Assembly: GCA_965200245.1 (NCBI GenBank)
Contig: CBDATS010000002.1
Span: 64,001-128,000 of the forward strand
DNA: 64,000 nucleotides
Direction: 5' to 3'
Source of the DNA: a bacterium
GTDB taxonomy: Bacteria; UBA8248
Shown here: positions 30,682 to 41,369 of the stretch, piece by piece
Layout of the letters: every line of letters begins with the position of its first letter
How positions within the stretch are numbered: the stretch's first letter is position 1
The notes under the pieces: model-generated
What the model was told of the DNA's origin: nothing
The model's input: the letters and a program-made list of their open reading frames with translations, nothing else
Databases searched by the model: none
Program-made: the position numbers and the translations under genes

Positions 30682-31904
30682 CTTTCATCGCTCCCGTAAG
30701 CACGCGCTACGATCCGTTTGGCAAGGTCTTCAATGGACGCTTCATCCTCGTGCCATTCCACCCCCGGAACCTCGGCGATGAGCCGCCTGGCCTCCTCCAC
30801 CCCGGGGCCTGCGTAGCGGACGATGACGGGGAATTTCTCGAAATCCAGTGCCGCTTCCTTGAGCGCGCGGACCACACCCGCCACCTTGATGTCCACCCGC
30901 GTGAAATTGCTCACGTTTCCCGCCAGGAGCAGCCCCCGGATACCGGGCTTCGAGAGCACCGCCTTCACCGCCTGGCGCATTTTCTCCTCGTAACGTCCGG
31001 GTGTGATGTCGAAAGTGGTGGCGGGTCTTCCGCCTTCGTCCAGCAGCGCTTCCAGGCTCGACAGGCCATACCCCCCGCCCGTGACCATGAAGCCGATGTC
31101 GCCGTCGAGTTCGCTGAAGCGAATCGCGCCCACGTGGGGGTCAATGGCGTCGATTTCGCGCATGCGCATCTCAAGCCCGGTGAAGGGCCGCCAACCGTTT
31201 CCGCCTTCGACGCCCAGCTTGGCTTCAAGTTCGGGGTGACGGAAGAGCGCCTGTGCGTCCAGCTGCACCACGCCCGCCGCCGCCAGAACGCGGCCGTCGG
31301 TAAGTTCCGCCAGGGGGTTCACCTCTATCATCTCGCAGTCATGGGCGCAGAAAACCCCGTACATCGCGCGCACGGCGCGGCAAACCTGCCCTGCGAGGTC
31401 GCCCGAAAGTCCCGCGCGCCTGGTCAACTCCATGGCGTCTTCGGCCTCCAGTCCCTCCAGGATATTTACGGGCCATTCGAGCAGCTTGTCGGGATGGTTC
31501 TCCGCCAGTTCCTCCACGTCCACGCCGCCTTCTGCACTGAAGAGGATGAGTGGGCATTTTCTCGGCGCATCGAAGGAAATCGAGCAGAATATCTCACGCG
31601 CGATGTCGAGCGCTTCCATGACGATGAGTTTCTTGACGGGAAAGCGCCGCACCTCCATGCCGAGAATGGCATCTGCGTGCGCGCGGGCCTCATCCGCGGA
31701 CGCGGCGAATTTGACCGCGCCGGCTTTTCCGCGCTTGCCGACGGGCACGAGCGCCTTGATGACGACGCGTCCCCCCAGACGCTCGAGAGCATGAGCGGTT
31801 TCTTCGGCGTCCGTACAAACCTCGAAGCGTGGAACGGGGAGGCCGCCTTCACCCAGCAGCGTCAACGAGTCGTTTTCCAGAAGGCGAGACACGACATTCT
31901 CCAC
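30678..31904 (-). CDS. ADP-forming acyl-CoA ligase beta subunit (SucC-like ATP-grasp)
   Basis: VVIKALVPVGKRGKAGAVK, SAEGGVDVEE, EVNPL, ALFRHP and ELDGDIG..GGG motifs. Confidence 0.85.
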   Translation of the reverse strand: MENVVSRLLENDSLTLLGEGGLPVPRFEVCTDAEETAHALERLGGRVVIKALVPVGKRGKAGAVKFAASADEARAHADAILGMEVRRFPVKKLIVMEALDIAREIFCSISFDAPRKCPLILFSAEGGVDVEELAENHPDKLLEWPVNILEGLEAEDAMELTRRAGLSGDLAGQVCRAVRAMYGVFCAHDCEMIEVNPLAELTDGRVLAAAGVVQLDAQALFRHPELEAKLGVEGGNGWRPFTGLEMRMREIDAIDPHVGAIRFSELDGDIGFMVTGGGYGLSSLEALLDEGGRPATTFDITPGRYEEKMRQAVKAVLSKPGIRGLLLAGNVSNFTRVDIKVAGVVRALKEAALDFEKFPVIVRYAGPGVEEARRLIAEVPGVEWHEDEASIEDLAKRIVARAYGSDES

Positions 31905-32100
31905 ACGAAATGCGTTCGGCGCGTTATCGCGAGAAAACCTGCAAGATTTGCACTAGCTAGCACCTGAACTTCCCAGCGTCAAGATTTGCGGAAAAAACGC
32001 GCGAATTCACCCGAACGCCCCTTGCCAAAGTATGTTCATGAGATAGAATTATCTTAACGAGCACAACCAATTTTCTGCGATTTTCAACGGAGGAGAGTCT

Positions 32101-33099
32101 ATGCGCATTTACAAAAGATTGATCGCAGCAACGGCCGTTTTCGCCATGGTCGGCTTCGCCGCCTCACTGGCGAGCGCAGCCACCACCAACATCACCATCG
32201 TCGGCGCGGGCAAGGGCGCGGGTGCGTTCCGCATGGCGGCGGGCTTGGCCGAGGCAGTGAACAAGACGAGCAAGACCGTCAACGTCACCAACCGTGAATC
32301 GAAGGGCTTCGTCGCCAACACCCGCCTCGTTGCCAGCGGTCGTTCCGAAATCGGAATGACGAACGGGATATTCGTCGACTTCATCCAGCGAAAGCAAAAA
32401 CCCTTCGACAAGGGCAAGGCGATGAAAACCATCCGGGGAATCGGCCCTGTATCGACTTCCTGGTTCCAGGTGACAACATTCCACAAGTCCGGCATCAAGA
32501 CCTATTACGATCTCGCCGGCAAGCGGGTGAACATGGGGCCCCGAGGCAGTTCCACGCTGTTCATGATGAAGTTCATCACCGACAACCTCGGAATCACCGA
32601 CAAGATCCGCAAGGACTACATGGGCTGGGCCCAAGCTGCCACCAACATGATCGACGGCAAGCTCGACGCCTTCGGCATTCCGAACCCGGTGCCCTCGCCC
32701 TCGATTCTGCGTGCCTCACGCAGCGCCCCGCTCCGCATTCTGAGCATTCCCGACAAGGTGCGTGACAAGTTCGTCGCCCTGAGCGCGGGCTATTACAAGG
32801 ACAACAAGGATGCCAGCCCCTATCAGGGCATGAAGGGCCAGAAGTTCAAGACGGTCGCCTACACCATTTTCGCCGTAGCGAACGAGAAGGTGCCCAACGA
32901 CGTCATATACGAGGTGACGCGGCGGGTATACGACAAGGCGAACCGCGACTTCCTGATCAACGTCTTCAAGGGCTGGAAGATCGGGCTGGACTTCGCCGCC
33001 AAGTCCGATGAGTTCATCAAGCAGATGGGCAACTTCAACATGAAGCTCCATCCCGGCGCTGCGCGCTACTGGAAGACCAAGGGCTATAACGTAAACTAG
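32101..33099 (+). CDS. TAXI-family TRAP solute-binding protein
   Basis: Signal peptide, DLAGKRVNMGPRGSS, DGKLDAF and LHPGAARYW motifs. Confidence 0.9.
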   Translation: MRIYKRLIAATAVFAMVGFAASLASAATTNITIVGAGKGAGAFRMAAGLAEAVNKTSKTVNVTNRESKGFVANTRLVASGRSEIGMTNGIFVDFIQRKQKPFDKGKAMKTIRGIGPVSTSWFQVTTFHKSGIKTYYDLAGKRVNMGPRGSSTLFMMKFITDNLGITDKIRKDYMGWAQAATNMIDGKLDAFGIPNPVPSPSILRASRSAPLRILSIPDKVRDKFVALSAGYYKDNKDASPYQGMKGQKFKTVAYTIFAVANEKVPNDVIYEVTRRVYDKANRDFLINVFKGWKIGLDFAAKSDEFIKQMGNFNMKLHPGAARYWKTKGYNVN

Positions 33100-33107
33100 A
33101 GGTTTCC

Positions 33108-33146
33108 CGGCATCCCCGGAGGGCACGAAACCCTCCGGGAGCCGGT
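33108..33146 (+). terminator. Intergenic stem-loop after the TAXI gene (stabiliser/attenuator)
   Basis: CCGGAGGG-CACGAAA-CCCTCCGG hairpin without a U-tract. Confidence 0.45.
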
Positions 33147-33179
33147 GAAGCGCTTGTTATCGGTCTCTGGTGAGAAAGG

Positions 33180-35792
33180 GTGGCGATGCGGAAGGTTTTT
33201 GATTTTCTCTGGGAATGGCTCCGGTTCATCTTCGCTCCGGAATCGGCCACCCGCAGGGACATCGAACCGGGCTTTCAGAAGGAAAACCTGCCCGTTTGCG
33301 TTTTTTTCTCCGGTCTTCTTCTCGTTTATATCCTTTTTCTGGCTGGCAGGACATACAATCTCTACCTTCCCTACGAGATATCCTGGGACTGGCAGGAAGT
33401 CGAGTTTCCGGCTCTCGATGCTTGGCTATACGCTCTCATCTGGCTCTACGTCTCAGGTTTGTGCGTTCTGCCGAAAGCGACGACCCTGCTCTCCTCGTTC
33501 GTGTTCGCTTCCTATTTTCTATATGGCGCCGCGAACAAGGCACCTGTGGATCTCGGGCTGGGCTTCGGCGAGGTCATCGTCTACGCCCTTTCCCCCTTTC
33601 TCACGGAAGGAATGGAAAAATCCCTCTCGGCGATATGGGAGACGTTTCACTTTCCGGGTCTGGCCATTTATGCGTTTCATTTCTATCTCCCCCTGTACGT
33701 TATCTTCACTGCCATCCTGACGTTCATCTTCTGTCCGGCGCGGGCGGGCGCTCCAATGCGTCGACCCTCTGTCGTGGACCTCATCCTGTGTGCAGGCGTG
33801 GTCATCTTCACGGTGGAATACATCATGAACTTCGCCGACCGGGGAGACCGGGCGGGTCTCGTCCTCTGGACGGACGTTGCCATGGGCACAATCGCCGTCA
33901 TCGTATCGATAGAAATGTGTCGCCGGGTGCTGGGCTGGGTACTCCCGCTTTTGGGCCTCTTTTTCTTCTACTACGCCATGTACGGCAACCATTTTCCGGG
34001 GCGACTCCTGCACAAGGGGTTTTCCTACAACGAGGTCGTGAACTTCATATACGGGACGTCCGGCATTTTCGGCGTCATCGCGAACGTCTATGCGAGCTAT
34101 GTGTTCCTGTTCATCCTGTTCGGCGTCTTCCTGGAAAAAACGAAGGTCGGTGACGTGTTCATCGACCTCTCCTACGCCCTGGTGGGCCGTCTGCGCGGAG
34201 GCGCCGCCAAGGCGTCTGTCGTATCGAGTGGCATGGTGGGATCGGTGGTGGGAAGCGGGGCGGCGAACATCGTCATCACAGGCACCTTCACGATCCCGCT
34301 CATGAAGCGCGCGGGCTACAAGGCCCATTACGCAGGAGCTGTCGAGGCAGTCTCCTCCATCGGGGGACACCTGCTGCCGCCGATCATGGGCTCGGCGGCG
34401 TTCCTCGTGGCGGCGTTCACCGAGACGGATTACGGCTGGATTGCGCTCATATCACTCGTGCCCGCATTGCTGTACTACTTCTCGGTCTACATGTCGGTAC
34501 ACTTTCGATCGGGGCTGGATGGCATCCACGGCCTCTCGAAAGAGGAATTACCCGAACTTTTGCCACTTCTGAAAAAAGAGGGTTACCTGCTGCTGCCGGT
34601 GGTGCTGCTCATCTTCCGGCTCATCATCGGCCGTTCGCCCTTCGATGCGGCACTCTGGTCCATCGTCCTGGCAATGGTTCTGGGATTCCTGCGCGAGGAC
34701 ACCCGCCTGCTGGCCCTGCCGCCGGTTCTCGCGCGTCTGGTGGGCAAGCCCGCGTGGAGCACCAGAAACGACAGACTCGAATTTGAGGCCGCAAAACACC
34801 ACAAGAAACTCATGGAATCGGGCAAAAGCCTGGAAGATGCCGATGCAGAGGCGGAAGCCTATCTCGAAGCGGCGAAGGCCGAACCGTCCGGTAATCCGAT
34901 CATGGAGAACTGGCCACTGCTCGCCGGGCTGGGGCTGTTCATCGTGCTCCCGGCGGCGGGGCATTCGTTCGCCGAGTCGATCTTCTGGTCGGTGCTCGCG
35001 GCAATTATCCTGTCTTCGCCCCGCGTTCTGGACGGACTGGAACGAGGCGCCGTCAACTCGCTCATCATCGGCGTGACGGCGGGCGTGATGGGCATCGTGC
35101 TCGCAGGCGTCTCCATGCCAGGTCTCGGCATCAAGTTCTCCTCCATCATCCTGGGCTACGCCTCCATCATCGACAACGCCTTCGGTATCACTGGAACAGC
35201 GCTCCCGGTGGCGATTCTGCTCTGCACTGTCGCCAGCTATATTATGGGCATGGGCATGACGATCACAGCGAGCTACGTGCTGCTCTCGATCCTCGCCGTG
35301 CCCGCGCTGGTGGAACTCGGCGTTCCGCTCCTGAGCGCGCACCTGATGATCCTCTGGCTGAGTCAGGACGCCTCGCTCACGCCGCCCTTCGCGCTTGGCG
35401 CGTTCATCGCTGCGGGCGTGGCGGGGGCAGACCCGATGCGCACAGGTTTCGCCTCTCTCAAACTCGGCAAGGCGCTCTACATCGTCCCCTTCCTGATGGC
35501 ATACACCCCGATCAACATGCCCCCCGGATCGGAGTGGTTCAACATCCTCGTCGTCTGGGTAACCGGATTCATGGGCTTTTTCTGCACCTCGGCGTCGCTC
35601 GAAGGTTACATGCGCAGAAAGCTCGAAATCTGGGAACGTGTCGTCTTTGCCGTGGCGGGCGGCCTGCTGTTCTTCTACATCCCGTGGATGAAGATAACAG
35701 GCGCCGTCATCATGGCCATCATGGTCGCCATCCAGTTCATGAGCGCGCAAGACGGGGGCGGAGCCTCCGCAAGTCCCGCAGCCTCTTCGTAA
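33180..35792 (+). CDS. TRAP 4TM/12TM fused permease (TAXI-associated)
   Basis: FLFILFGVFL, GGAAKASVVSS, GTFTIPLMK, EAVSSIGG..PPIMGSAAF, GMGM and LTPP motifs. Confidence 0.9.
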   Translation: MAMRKVFDFLWEWLRFIFAPESATRRDIEPGFQKENLPVCVFFSGLLLVYILFLAGRTYNLYLPYEISWDWQEVEFPALDAWLYALIWLYVSGLCVLPKATTLLSSFVFASYFLYGAANKAPVDLGLGFGEVIVYALSPFLTEGMEKSLSAIWETFHFPGLAIYAFHFYLPLYVIFTAILTFIFCPARAGAPMRRPSVVDLILCAGVVIFTVEYIMNFADRGDRAGLVLWTDVAMGTIAVIVSIEMCRRVLGWVLPLLGLFFFYYAMYGNHFPGRLLHKGFSYNEVVNFIYGTSGIFGVIANVYASYVFLFILFGVFLEKTKVGDVFIDLSYALVGRLRGGAAKASVVSSGMVGSVVGSGAANIVITGTFTIPLMKRAGYKAHYAGAVEAVSSIGGHLLPPIMGSAAFLVAAFTETDYGWIALISLVPALLYYFSVYMSVHFRSGLDGIHGLSKEELPELLPLLKKEGYLLLPVVLLIFRLIIGRSPFDAALWSIVLAMVLGFLREDTRLLALPPVLARLVGKPAWSTRNDRLEFEAAKHHKKLMESGKSLEDADAEAEAYLEAAKAEPSGNPIMENWPLLAGLGLFIVLPAAGHSFAESIFWSVLAAIILSSPRVLDGLERGAVNSLIIGVTAGVMGIVLAGVSMPGLGIKFSSIILGYASIIDNAFGITGTALPVAILLCTVASYIMGMGMTITASYVLLSILAVPALVELGVPLLSAHLMILWLSQDASLTPPFALGAFIAAGVAGADPMRTGFASLKLGKALYIVPFLMAYTPINMPPGSEWFNILVVWVTGFMGFFCTSASLEGYMRRKLEIWERVVFAVAGGLLFFYIPWMKITGAVIMAIMVAIQFMSAQDGGGASASPAASS

Positions 35793-35843
35793 CCGGAACC
35801 ATCTTGAAGCTCTAAGGAGAGCCGGGGCTTCGTTCCGGCTGTT

Positions 35844-36782
35844 TCACTCCGGCAAGGAACGCGCAAGACACGCCCTTAGCGCCCCGCCGCAATAAGAGCG
35901 GGCGAAATCCTCACCGTGCGCGGCAGCGAGGCGTTCTGCGAAGTCCACTGTCCCCCAGACGCCCCGGAATTCATCGAAAAGGCGCCTGCCGTCGGGCGCC
36001 GGGCGGTTGATGCCCGCAAAATCGCTGCCGAGCACAACCTGTTGGGCGGCGATTTCGGCCAGAAACTCGATTTCCTCGAGGTGGCGATCGAATGTCTCGT
36101 AGAACCCCGGGTGCGGTGCCAATCCGATGAGCGCGCCCGTTTCGAGGAGTCTCCTCGCCATATCGCGCGGAAGCCCCCGTTCGCCGAAGACGGGCAACAG
36201 TGGTTCGTCCAGATGCCCGTGGGAGTAATGCACCTCCTGACCCGTGACGAGGGCGAGATCGATCATGTCCGATTTCGTTCGGTGGTTCGCGTGCGCGCAA
36301 TCAACCATAAGTCCCATCCGCCAGGCCTGCATCAGGAAAGCGCGGCCCAAGGGAGTGAGACCACGCACGGATCCTCCCATCGCTCCGCCACCCAAGGCAT
36401 TGTCGTCGTTATACATGGGACCAATGCTCCGAACGCCCTCCTCCCACAACCATTCGAGATATCTCAGATCGTCTTCCGTTTCGATGAAATAGATGCCCTC
36501 TGCATGTATCAACTGCCGTCCCACGCCTTCCAGGTCTCCCCTTTTGAGCACGATGCCCAGGCCCTCCGCGGAACGAATCCGATCCAGATCGCGTCTCACC
36601 AGATCGAATTGCGCGTTCTGTGGCGCGCCTTCCAGCCGCTCAAGCGCCGAGAAAACCCCGCCCAGCTTTGCCGCCGTGGGGATGTCTATCTGATCTGCCA
36701 GATGAACGCGCTCCTCGGGCAAATCGACCATCCAGCGCAGATCGGTGTGAAAATCCCAGACGTCTTTCAGTTCAATCGGCAT
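35844..36782 (-). CDS. Membrane dipeptidase (M19) / amidohydrolase-like protein
   Basis: DFHTD, EG, GGGA..GLTPLGR, VDCAH, YSH and GSDF motifs. Confidence 0.7.
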   Translation of the reverse strand: MPIELKDVWDFHTDLRWMVDLPEERVHLADQIDIPTAAKLGGVFSALERLEGAPQNAQFDLVRRDLDRIRSAEGLGIVLKRGDLEGVGRQLIHAEGIYFIETEDDLRYLEWLWEEGVRSIGPMYNDDNALGGGAMGGSVRGLTPLGRAFLMQAWRMGLMVDCAHANHRTKSDMIDLALVTGQEVHYSHGHLDEPLLPVFGERGLPRDMARRLLETGALIGLAPHPGFYETFDRHLEEIEFLAEIAAQQVVLGSDFAGINRPAPDGRRLFDEFRGVWGTVDFAERLAAAHGEDFARSYCGGALRACLARSLPE

Positions 36783-36922
36783 CCGTGTCCTCTCCCGGAA
36801 ACAGGGGCGAGCAATTTCCCCGAGCGAAAACGCCATCATAACACGCGGGATCGGGGGTTCGCCTTTGCGCTGCGGAGCAAGCTCGCATAGGCTTGTCGCT
36901 TCGCTTTCAGGGAGGACGTTCC

Positions 36923-37714
36923 ATGTCGAAAAAACCGTTGATTCACATCGAGCGCGACGGCCCGCTTGCCACGCTCACGTTAAATCGCCCCGAAAAAAGG
37001 AACGCCATGAACTCGCAGATGATCCGGGAGGCGAAATCGGCTCTGGCCGAACTCGAGACTGCGGATGATTTGCGGGTTCTCGTAATCGAGGGCGCGGGGA
37101 AATTCTTTTCCGCCGGGGCAGACGTGGTCGAGATGGGTTCGCTTACGGAGGATACCGCGCGCGGTTTCATCTCGAATCTCCACTCTCTCATCCGCAACGT
37201 GCGGGAATTCCCGCATCCCGTGGTCTGCAAATGCCAAGGATACGTTCTGGGCGGTGCACTGGAACTGATGCTCGGCTGCGATCTCCGTGTCGCAGCTGAC
37301 GATACGAAGTTCGGCATGCCCGAGGTGCGGGTGGGCGTTCCCTCCGTCATCGAGGCGGCGTTGTTCGTGCCCTTCTGCGGTTTGGGGGCCGCACAGCATA
37401 TTCTGCTTACGGGCAGGACATTCGGCGCACACGAGGCGCATCGCCTGGGAATCGTCCAGCGAATATGCGCGCCATCCGATCTGGAAGAGACGATACGGGG
37501 AACCATAGCGGAACTTCTTCAGGCCGCACCCGGCGCGCTCAGTGCCCAGAAGGCACTGATGAGAAAATGGATGCAGGCCTATATTGAAGCCGCCGTTGCG
37601 CCTTCCATCGACGCCTTCGAGGCATCTTTCCGAACCGGTGAACCGCAGGAGGGCATGGCCGCGGCACACGGGAAACGTCCCCCCGCCTGGGCGCCCGGCA
37701 AGAGGGGCAAGTAG
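36923..37714 (+). CDS. Enoyl-CoA hydratase/isomerase
   Basis: LTLNRPEKRNA, FSAGAD, GGALEL..CDLR and FGMPEVRVG motifs. GGAGG RBS. Confidence 0.9.
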   Translation: MSKKPLIHIERDGPLATLTLNRPEKRNAMNSQMIREAKSALAELETADDLRVLVIEGAGKFFSAGADVVEMGSLTEDTARGFISNLHSLIRNVREFPHPVVCKCQGYVLGGALELMLGCDLRVAADDTKFGMPEVRVGVPSVIEAALFVPFCGLGAAQHILLTGRTFGAHEAHRLGIVQRICAPSDLEETIRGTIAELLQAAPGALSAQKALMRKWMQAYIEAAVAPSIDAFEASFRTGEPQEGMAAAHGKRPPAWAPGKRGK

Positions 37715-37839
37715 AATGCTCTCCCTCGCGGTGGCTTTCGCTGGTTTCATGTGGCATCTTCACTCATCTCGCCAGAACGAAACGGGAGAACCAAGATGCC
37801 GGAAAACGATGTGCCAATCTGATTCTCAGGCGGCTCAAG

Positions 37840-38108
37840 TGATTTTCCGAAAAAGATGTTCGGCGGCGTGTGCTTCCTGATCAACGGCAGCATGTACGTC
37901 GTCACATGGAAATACGCGTTCATCGTTCGACTCGGCAGTAAGAACCACGAGGCAACGCTGTTTGAATCCCACACGAAGCCTGCCGATATTACGGGTCGCG
38001 GGATGAAACGCTGGCACTGATTGAACCGGCGGGCATCGAGACTGAAGACGCCCTGAAATCCCGGGTGCGACGGGCAACAGGTTCGCGGGCTCGCTCCCTT
38101 CCAGGTGA
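37840..38108 (+). pseudogene. TfoX/Sxy N-terminal family remnant
   Basis: KKMFGGVCFLING..IVRLG..DITGRGMKRW, followed by frameshifts. Confidence 0.6.
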
Positions 38109-38158
38109 GCGTTCCGCACGTACCACATTGGAATTCATTTATTCTAAAAGGATGAGGG

Positions 38159-39154
38159 ATGAAAGCGATTACAATCCAGGGAGACGCCGGAATCGAGGGA
38201 TTGGTCTACGGCGAAGTCCCGACACCCGAGCCGGGTGAGGGCGAGGTTCTGGTCCGGCTCCTAGCTTCGGGCATCAACCACATCGACGTCTACCAGTGCA
38301 CCCCCGACATGGTCCGCCACGAAAACCCCCACACCATGGGGGCGGACGGCGCTGGCGTAGTATACAAGGCAGGATCGGGCGTGCGCCTGGAACAAGGTGC
38401 CAAGGTGGTCGTCGATCCCAATCTGAGTGACCCCACCGAGCCGGGCTACGGCATCGTGGGCGCGCACTGCCAGGGTACACACGCGGAGTTCATCGTCTTG
38501 CCGGAAAAAAATTTCTTTCCCATGCCAGGACACCTGACGTTCGAGGAAGCGGCGGCACTCCCCCTCGCACTTTGCACGGCCTATCGACAGCTCATCAGCC
38601 GCGCACGTCTTGCAGCGGGCGAGAGCGTGCTCATCCATGGTGTGGGCGGTGGCGTCATGCTCTACTGCCTGCAACTCGCCGTACAGGCGGGCGCATTCAC
38701 AATTGTTACTTCATCGAGCGGTGAGAAACTCGAAACCGCCAAATCCTTCGGCGCGGATGTGTGCATCGACTACAAGACGCAGGACGTCACCCAGGCCGTG
38801 ATGGACGCCACCGATGGCCGGGGGGCCGACGTGGTGGTGGACAACGTGGGCGCGCCCACTTTCGCGCTTAGTGCCAGGTGCGTCGCACTCAACGGACGCA
38901 TCTCCATCGTGGGCGGAGCGGCGCATCACGTGATTCCGGAAGTGAACCTGCGCGATCTCTACTTCAAACAGGTCGACATTCACACTTCCACTATGGCGAC
39001 TCCCGAAGAATTCAGCGCGGCGATGAGCCTCGCCGCCGAGGGCAAAGTGAAGGCCCACATCGACTCCACCTATCCACTTTCGCGTTTCCGCGAAGCCATA
39101 GAACGCGTGGCGAAAGGCCTTCAATTCGGAAAGGTTGTGATAACGAGAGAGTAG
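38159..39154 (+). CDS. MDR-family NAD(P)H:quinone oxidoreductase-like protein
   Basis: PEPGEGEVLVRL, GINHID, GADGAGVV, GVGGGV and FGKVVI motifs. Confidence 0.85.
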   Translation: MKAITIQGDAGIEGLVYGEVPTPEPGEGEVLVRLLASGINHIDVYQCTPDMVRHENPHTMGADGAGVVYKAGSGVRLEQGAKVVVDPNLSDPTEPGYGIVGAHCQGTHAEFIVLPEKNFFPMPGHLTFEEAAALPLALCTAYRQLISRARLAAGESVLIHGVGGGVMLYCLQLAVQAGAFTIVTSSSGEKLETAKSFGADVCIDYKTQDVTQAVMDATDGRGADVVVDNVGAPTFALSARCVALNGRISIVGGAAHHVIPEVNLRDLYFKQVDIHTSTMATPEEFSAAMSLAAEGKVKAHIDSTYPLSRFREAIERVAKGLQFGKVVITRE

Positions 39155-39218
39155 CAACGATGCACCTGTGCCTCCCATCACCAGGCAGACAATTCATCTT
39201 TGGAGAAAACACAAAAAC

Positions 39219-40367
39219 ATGAAAAGGCACCTCGCAAAGACCGTCGCCGCTACCGCAGGCGGAGAACGCGCCAACCACATGACAGCCAGGAAACCACCGG
39301 GTCTGGTGCCGCTCGATTCGGGAACGCCCAATTTCCCCACTCCCGAACACATCAGAGAAGCCGGCAAGGAAGCACTCGACCAGGGCCTCACCGGCTATGC
39401 CCCCGGTCAGGGAGACCCCGAATTCCTCGAAGCCGTGTGCGAGCACGTCGAGCGCGAGGCAAAAGCGAACTATACGCCCCGGTCCGTCATCGCAACGAAC
39501 GGGGCAAGTTCGGGCATCTATGCCGTCATGACGACTTTGCTCGACCCGGGCGATGAGACCATCCTCATGGACCCCACGTTTTCACTCTACGCCCATGTCG
39601 CCCTGCAATTGGGAGCCGTTCCCGTCTCCGTGCCACACGACGCGGATTATCAGATTGACGCAGAGGCAGTGCGCCGCGCCATCACCCCGCGCACGCGCCT
39701 CATTCTCGTCAACAACCCGAACAACCCCACCGGCGTGGTCTACCGGGGTGAATATCTGGCGGCTCTCGCCGAACTCGCCGCCGAACACGACCTCATGCTC
39801 GTATCGGATGAGGCCTATGCGAAAATCCTGCAACCAGGCTTCGAACACGTGCCCCTGCTCTCGTTCACCGAACACAAGGAACGGCTCATCCTGCTCGACA
39901 CCTTCTCCAAGACCTATTCGATGACCGGCTGGCGTCTCGGCTACATGGTCCTGCCCGAGGACCTGGCCCAGCCCATGTTCAGCGTTCACCGTTCCATCAA
40001 CGGGCCGATCAACACCTTCGTCCAGCGTGCGGGTGCGACTGCACTCAGGGGTTCCCAGGAGTGCGTGGAGGACTTCGGGCGTGAATACCACAAGCGGGGC
40101 CGCCTCATGCACGAGATGACCCAGGCCATTCCAGGTCTCATTCCCATCGAGCCCCAGGGCGGTTTCTACCAATGCTGCCGGTATGAATACCCGATTCCCT
40201 CAAGCGAGGTCCGAAAGCGCGTCTGGGAGGCCGGGGCGGCGATTCGCAGCGGTTCCGAATTCGGCGCTTCGGGCGAGAACCACTTGCGCTTCACCTATTC
40301 GGTAGATGAAGAAGTCATCGAAAAGGGTATGAAGATCGTGGGCGAGGTGTTCCGCCACCTGGGCTGA
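39219..40367 (+). CDS. PLP-dependent aminotransferase class I/II
   Basis: GTPNF, NNPNNPTG, SDEAY and FSKTYSMTGWRLG motifs. Confidence 0.9.
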   Translation: MKRHLAKTVAATAGGERANHMTARKPPGLVPLDSGTPNFPTPEHIREAGKEALDQGLTGYAPGQGDPEFLEAVCEHVEREAKANYTPRSVIATNGASSGIYAVMTTLLDPGDETILMDPTFSLYAHVALQLGAVPVSVPHDADYQIDAEAVRRAITPRTRLILVNNPNNPTGVVYRGEYLAALAELAAEHDLMLVSDEAYAKILQPGFEHVPLLSFTEHKERLILLDTFSKTYSMTGWRLGYMVLPEDLAQPMFSVHRSINGPINTFVQRAGATALRGSQECVEDFGREYHKRGRLMHEMTQAIPGLIPIEPQGGFYQCCRYEYPIPSSEVRKRVWEAGAAIRSGSEFGASGENHLRFTYSVDEEVIEKGMKIVGEVFRHLG

Positions 40368-40430
40368 GGCTTGTCCGTTTCAAGCAAAAAGACCGCCTTC
40401 CCCCTGATGACGGCCTTCGTGTCGGCCTCA

Positions 40431-41369
40431 TCAATAGACGGGCAGAATATCCTTCTCGTAGGTTTCGTCCACCCCCCGGGCGGCGGCATAGAAAATTTCC
40501 TGCAGCCTGCGCGTGAATTTCCCTGGCTTTCCGTCTCCTACCTCGATGCGATCCAGCGAGAGCACGGGTGCAACCTCAGCGGCGGAGCCACATATCATCG
40601 CCTCATCGGCCACGTAGATCTCCGTACGATCCATCGGCCTCTCCAGGGGTTCAGAACCGATGTGTCTGCCGAACATCTCGATTACGCTGTCGCGCGTAAT
40701 GCTCTCGAGAATCGAGGCCGTCACAGGTGGGGTGATAAGCCTGCCCTCACGGACGATCATGATGCACGTGCCCGTTCCCTCGGCCACCGTACCGTTCTGG
40801 TTGAGAAGAATGGCGTCGTCGTATCCGTTGATTCGCGCTTCGACGCCGGCAAGTCTGCCGTTTTGGTAATTCGCCGAAGCCTTGACACGCGGCGGCACGG
40901 AATCATCCGAGATGCGCCGCCAACTGCTCACGCACAGGTTCACGCCCTGCTCCTGTCGTTTGCGGTTGCTGTTCGGTCCTCCGCTGATGAACACGCAGGT
41001 GTCCACTTCGTCCGCCGCGTAGCCCTTCATGTCCAGGGGCCCCGAATCGTCGAAATACACGTTGAGCCTGAAATGGATATCTTCCTTGAACTCGTTCGCC
41101 CGTATCCACTCGATGACAGCGTCCCTGAATTCCTCCGCCGTATAGGGCGACGTCATCCGCATCACCCGCATCGAATCGAACAGTCGCCGGATGTGCGGGT
41201 CTATCTTCCAAAGAAAGAGATTGTTTCTCTCCTCGCTCCAATAGGCGCGAATCCCCTCGTATACGCTCGAACCCCTGAGGACCGCCTGGCTGAATACGCT
41301 GATCCTGGCTTCCTCGGGCGGAACCACCTCTCCGTTGAGCCATACCTTGGCATGATTGTAACTGGGCAC
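40431..41369 (-). CDS. ilvE: Branched-chain amino acid aminotransferase (class IV)
   Basis: VWLNG, YEGIRAY, KASANY, GYDDAILL, EGTG, LESITR and ADEA..GSAAEV motifs. Confidence 0.85.
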   Translation of the reverse strand: MPSYNHAKVWLNGEVVPPEEARISVFSQAVLRGSSVYEGIRAYWSEERNNLFLWKIDPHIRRLFDSMRVMRMTSPYTAEEFRDAVIEWIRANEFKEDIHFRLNVYFDDSGPLDMKGYAADEVDTCVFISGGPNSNRKRQEQGVNLCVSSWRRISDDSVPPRVKASANYQNGRLAGVEARINGYDDAILLNQNGTVAEGTGTCIMIVREGRLITPPVTASILESITRDSVIEMFGRHIGSEPLERPMDRTEIYVADEAMICGSAAEVAPVLSLDRIEVGDGKPGKFTRRLQEIFYAAARGVDETYEKDILPVY

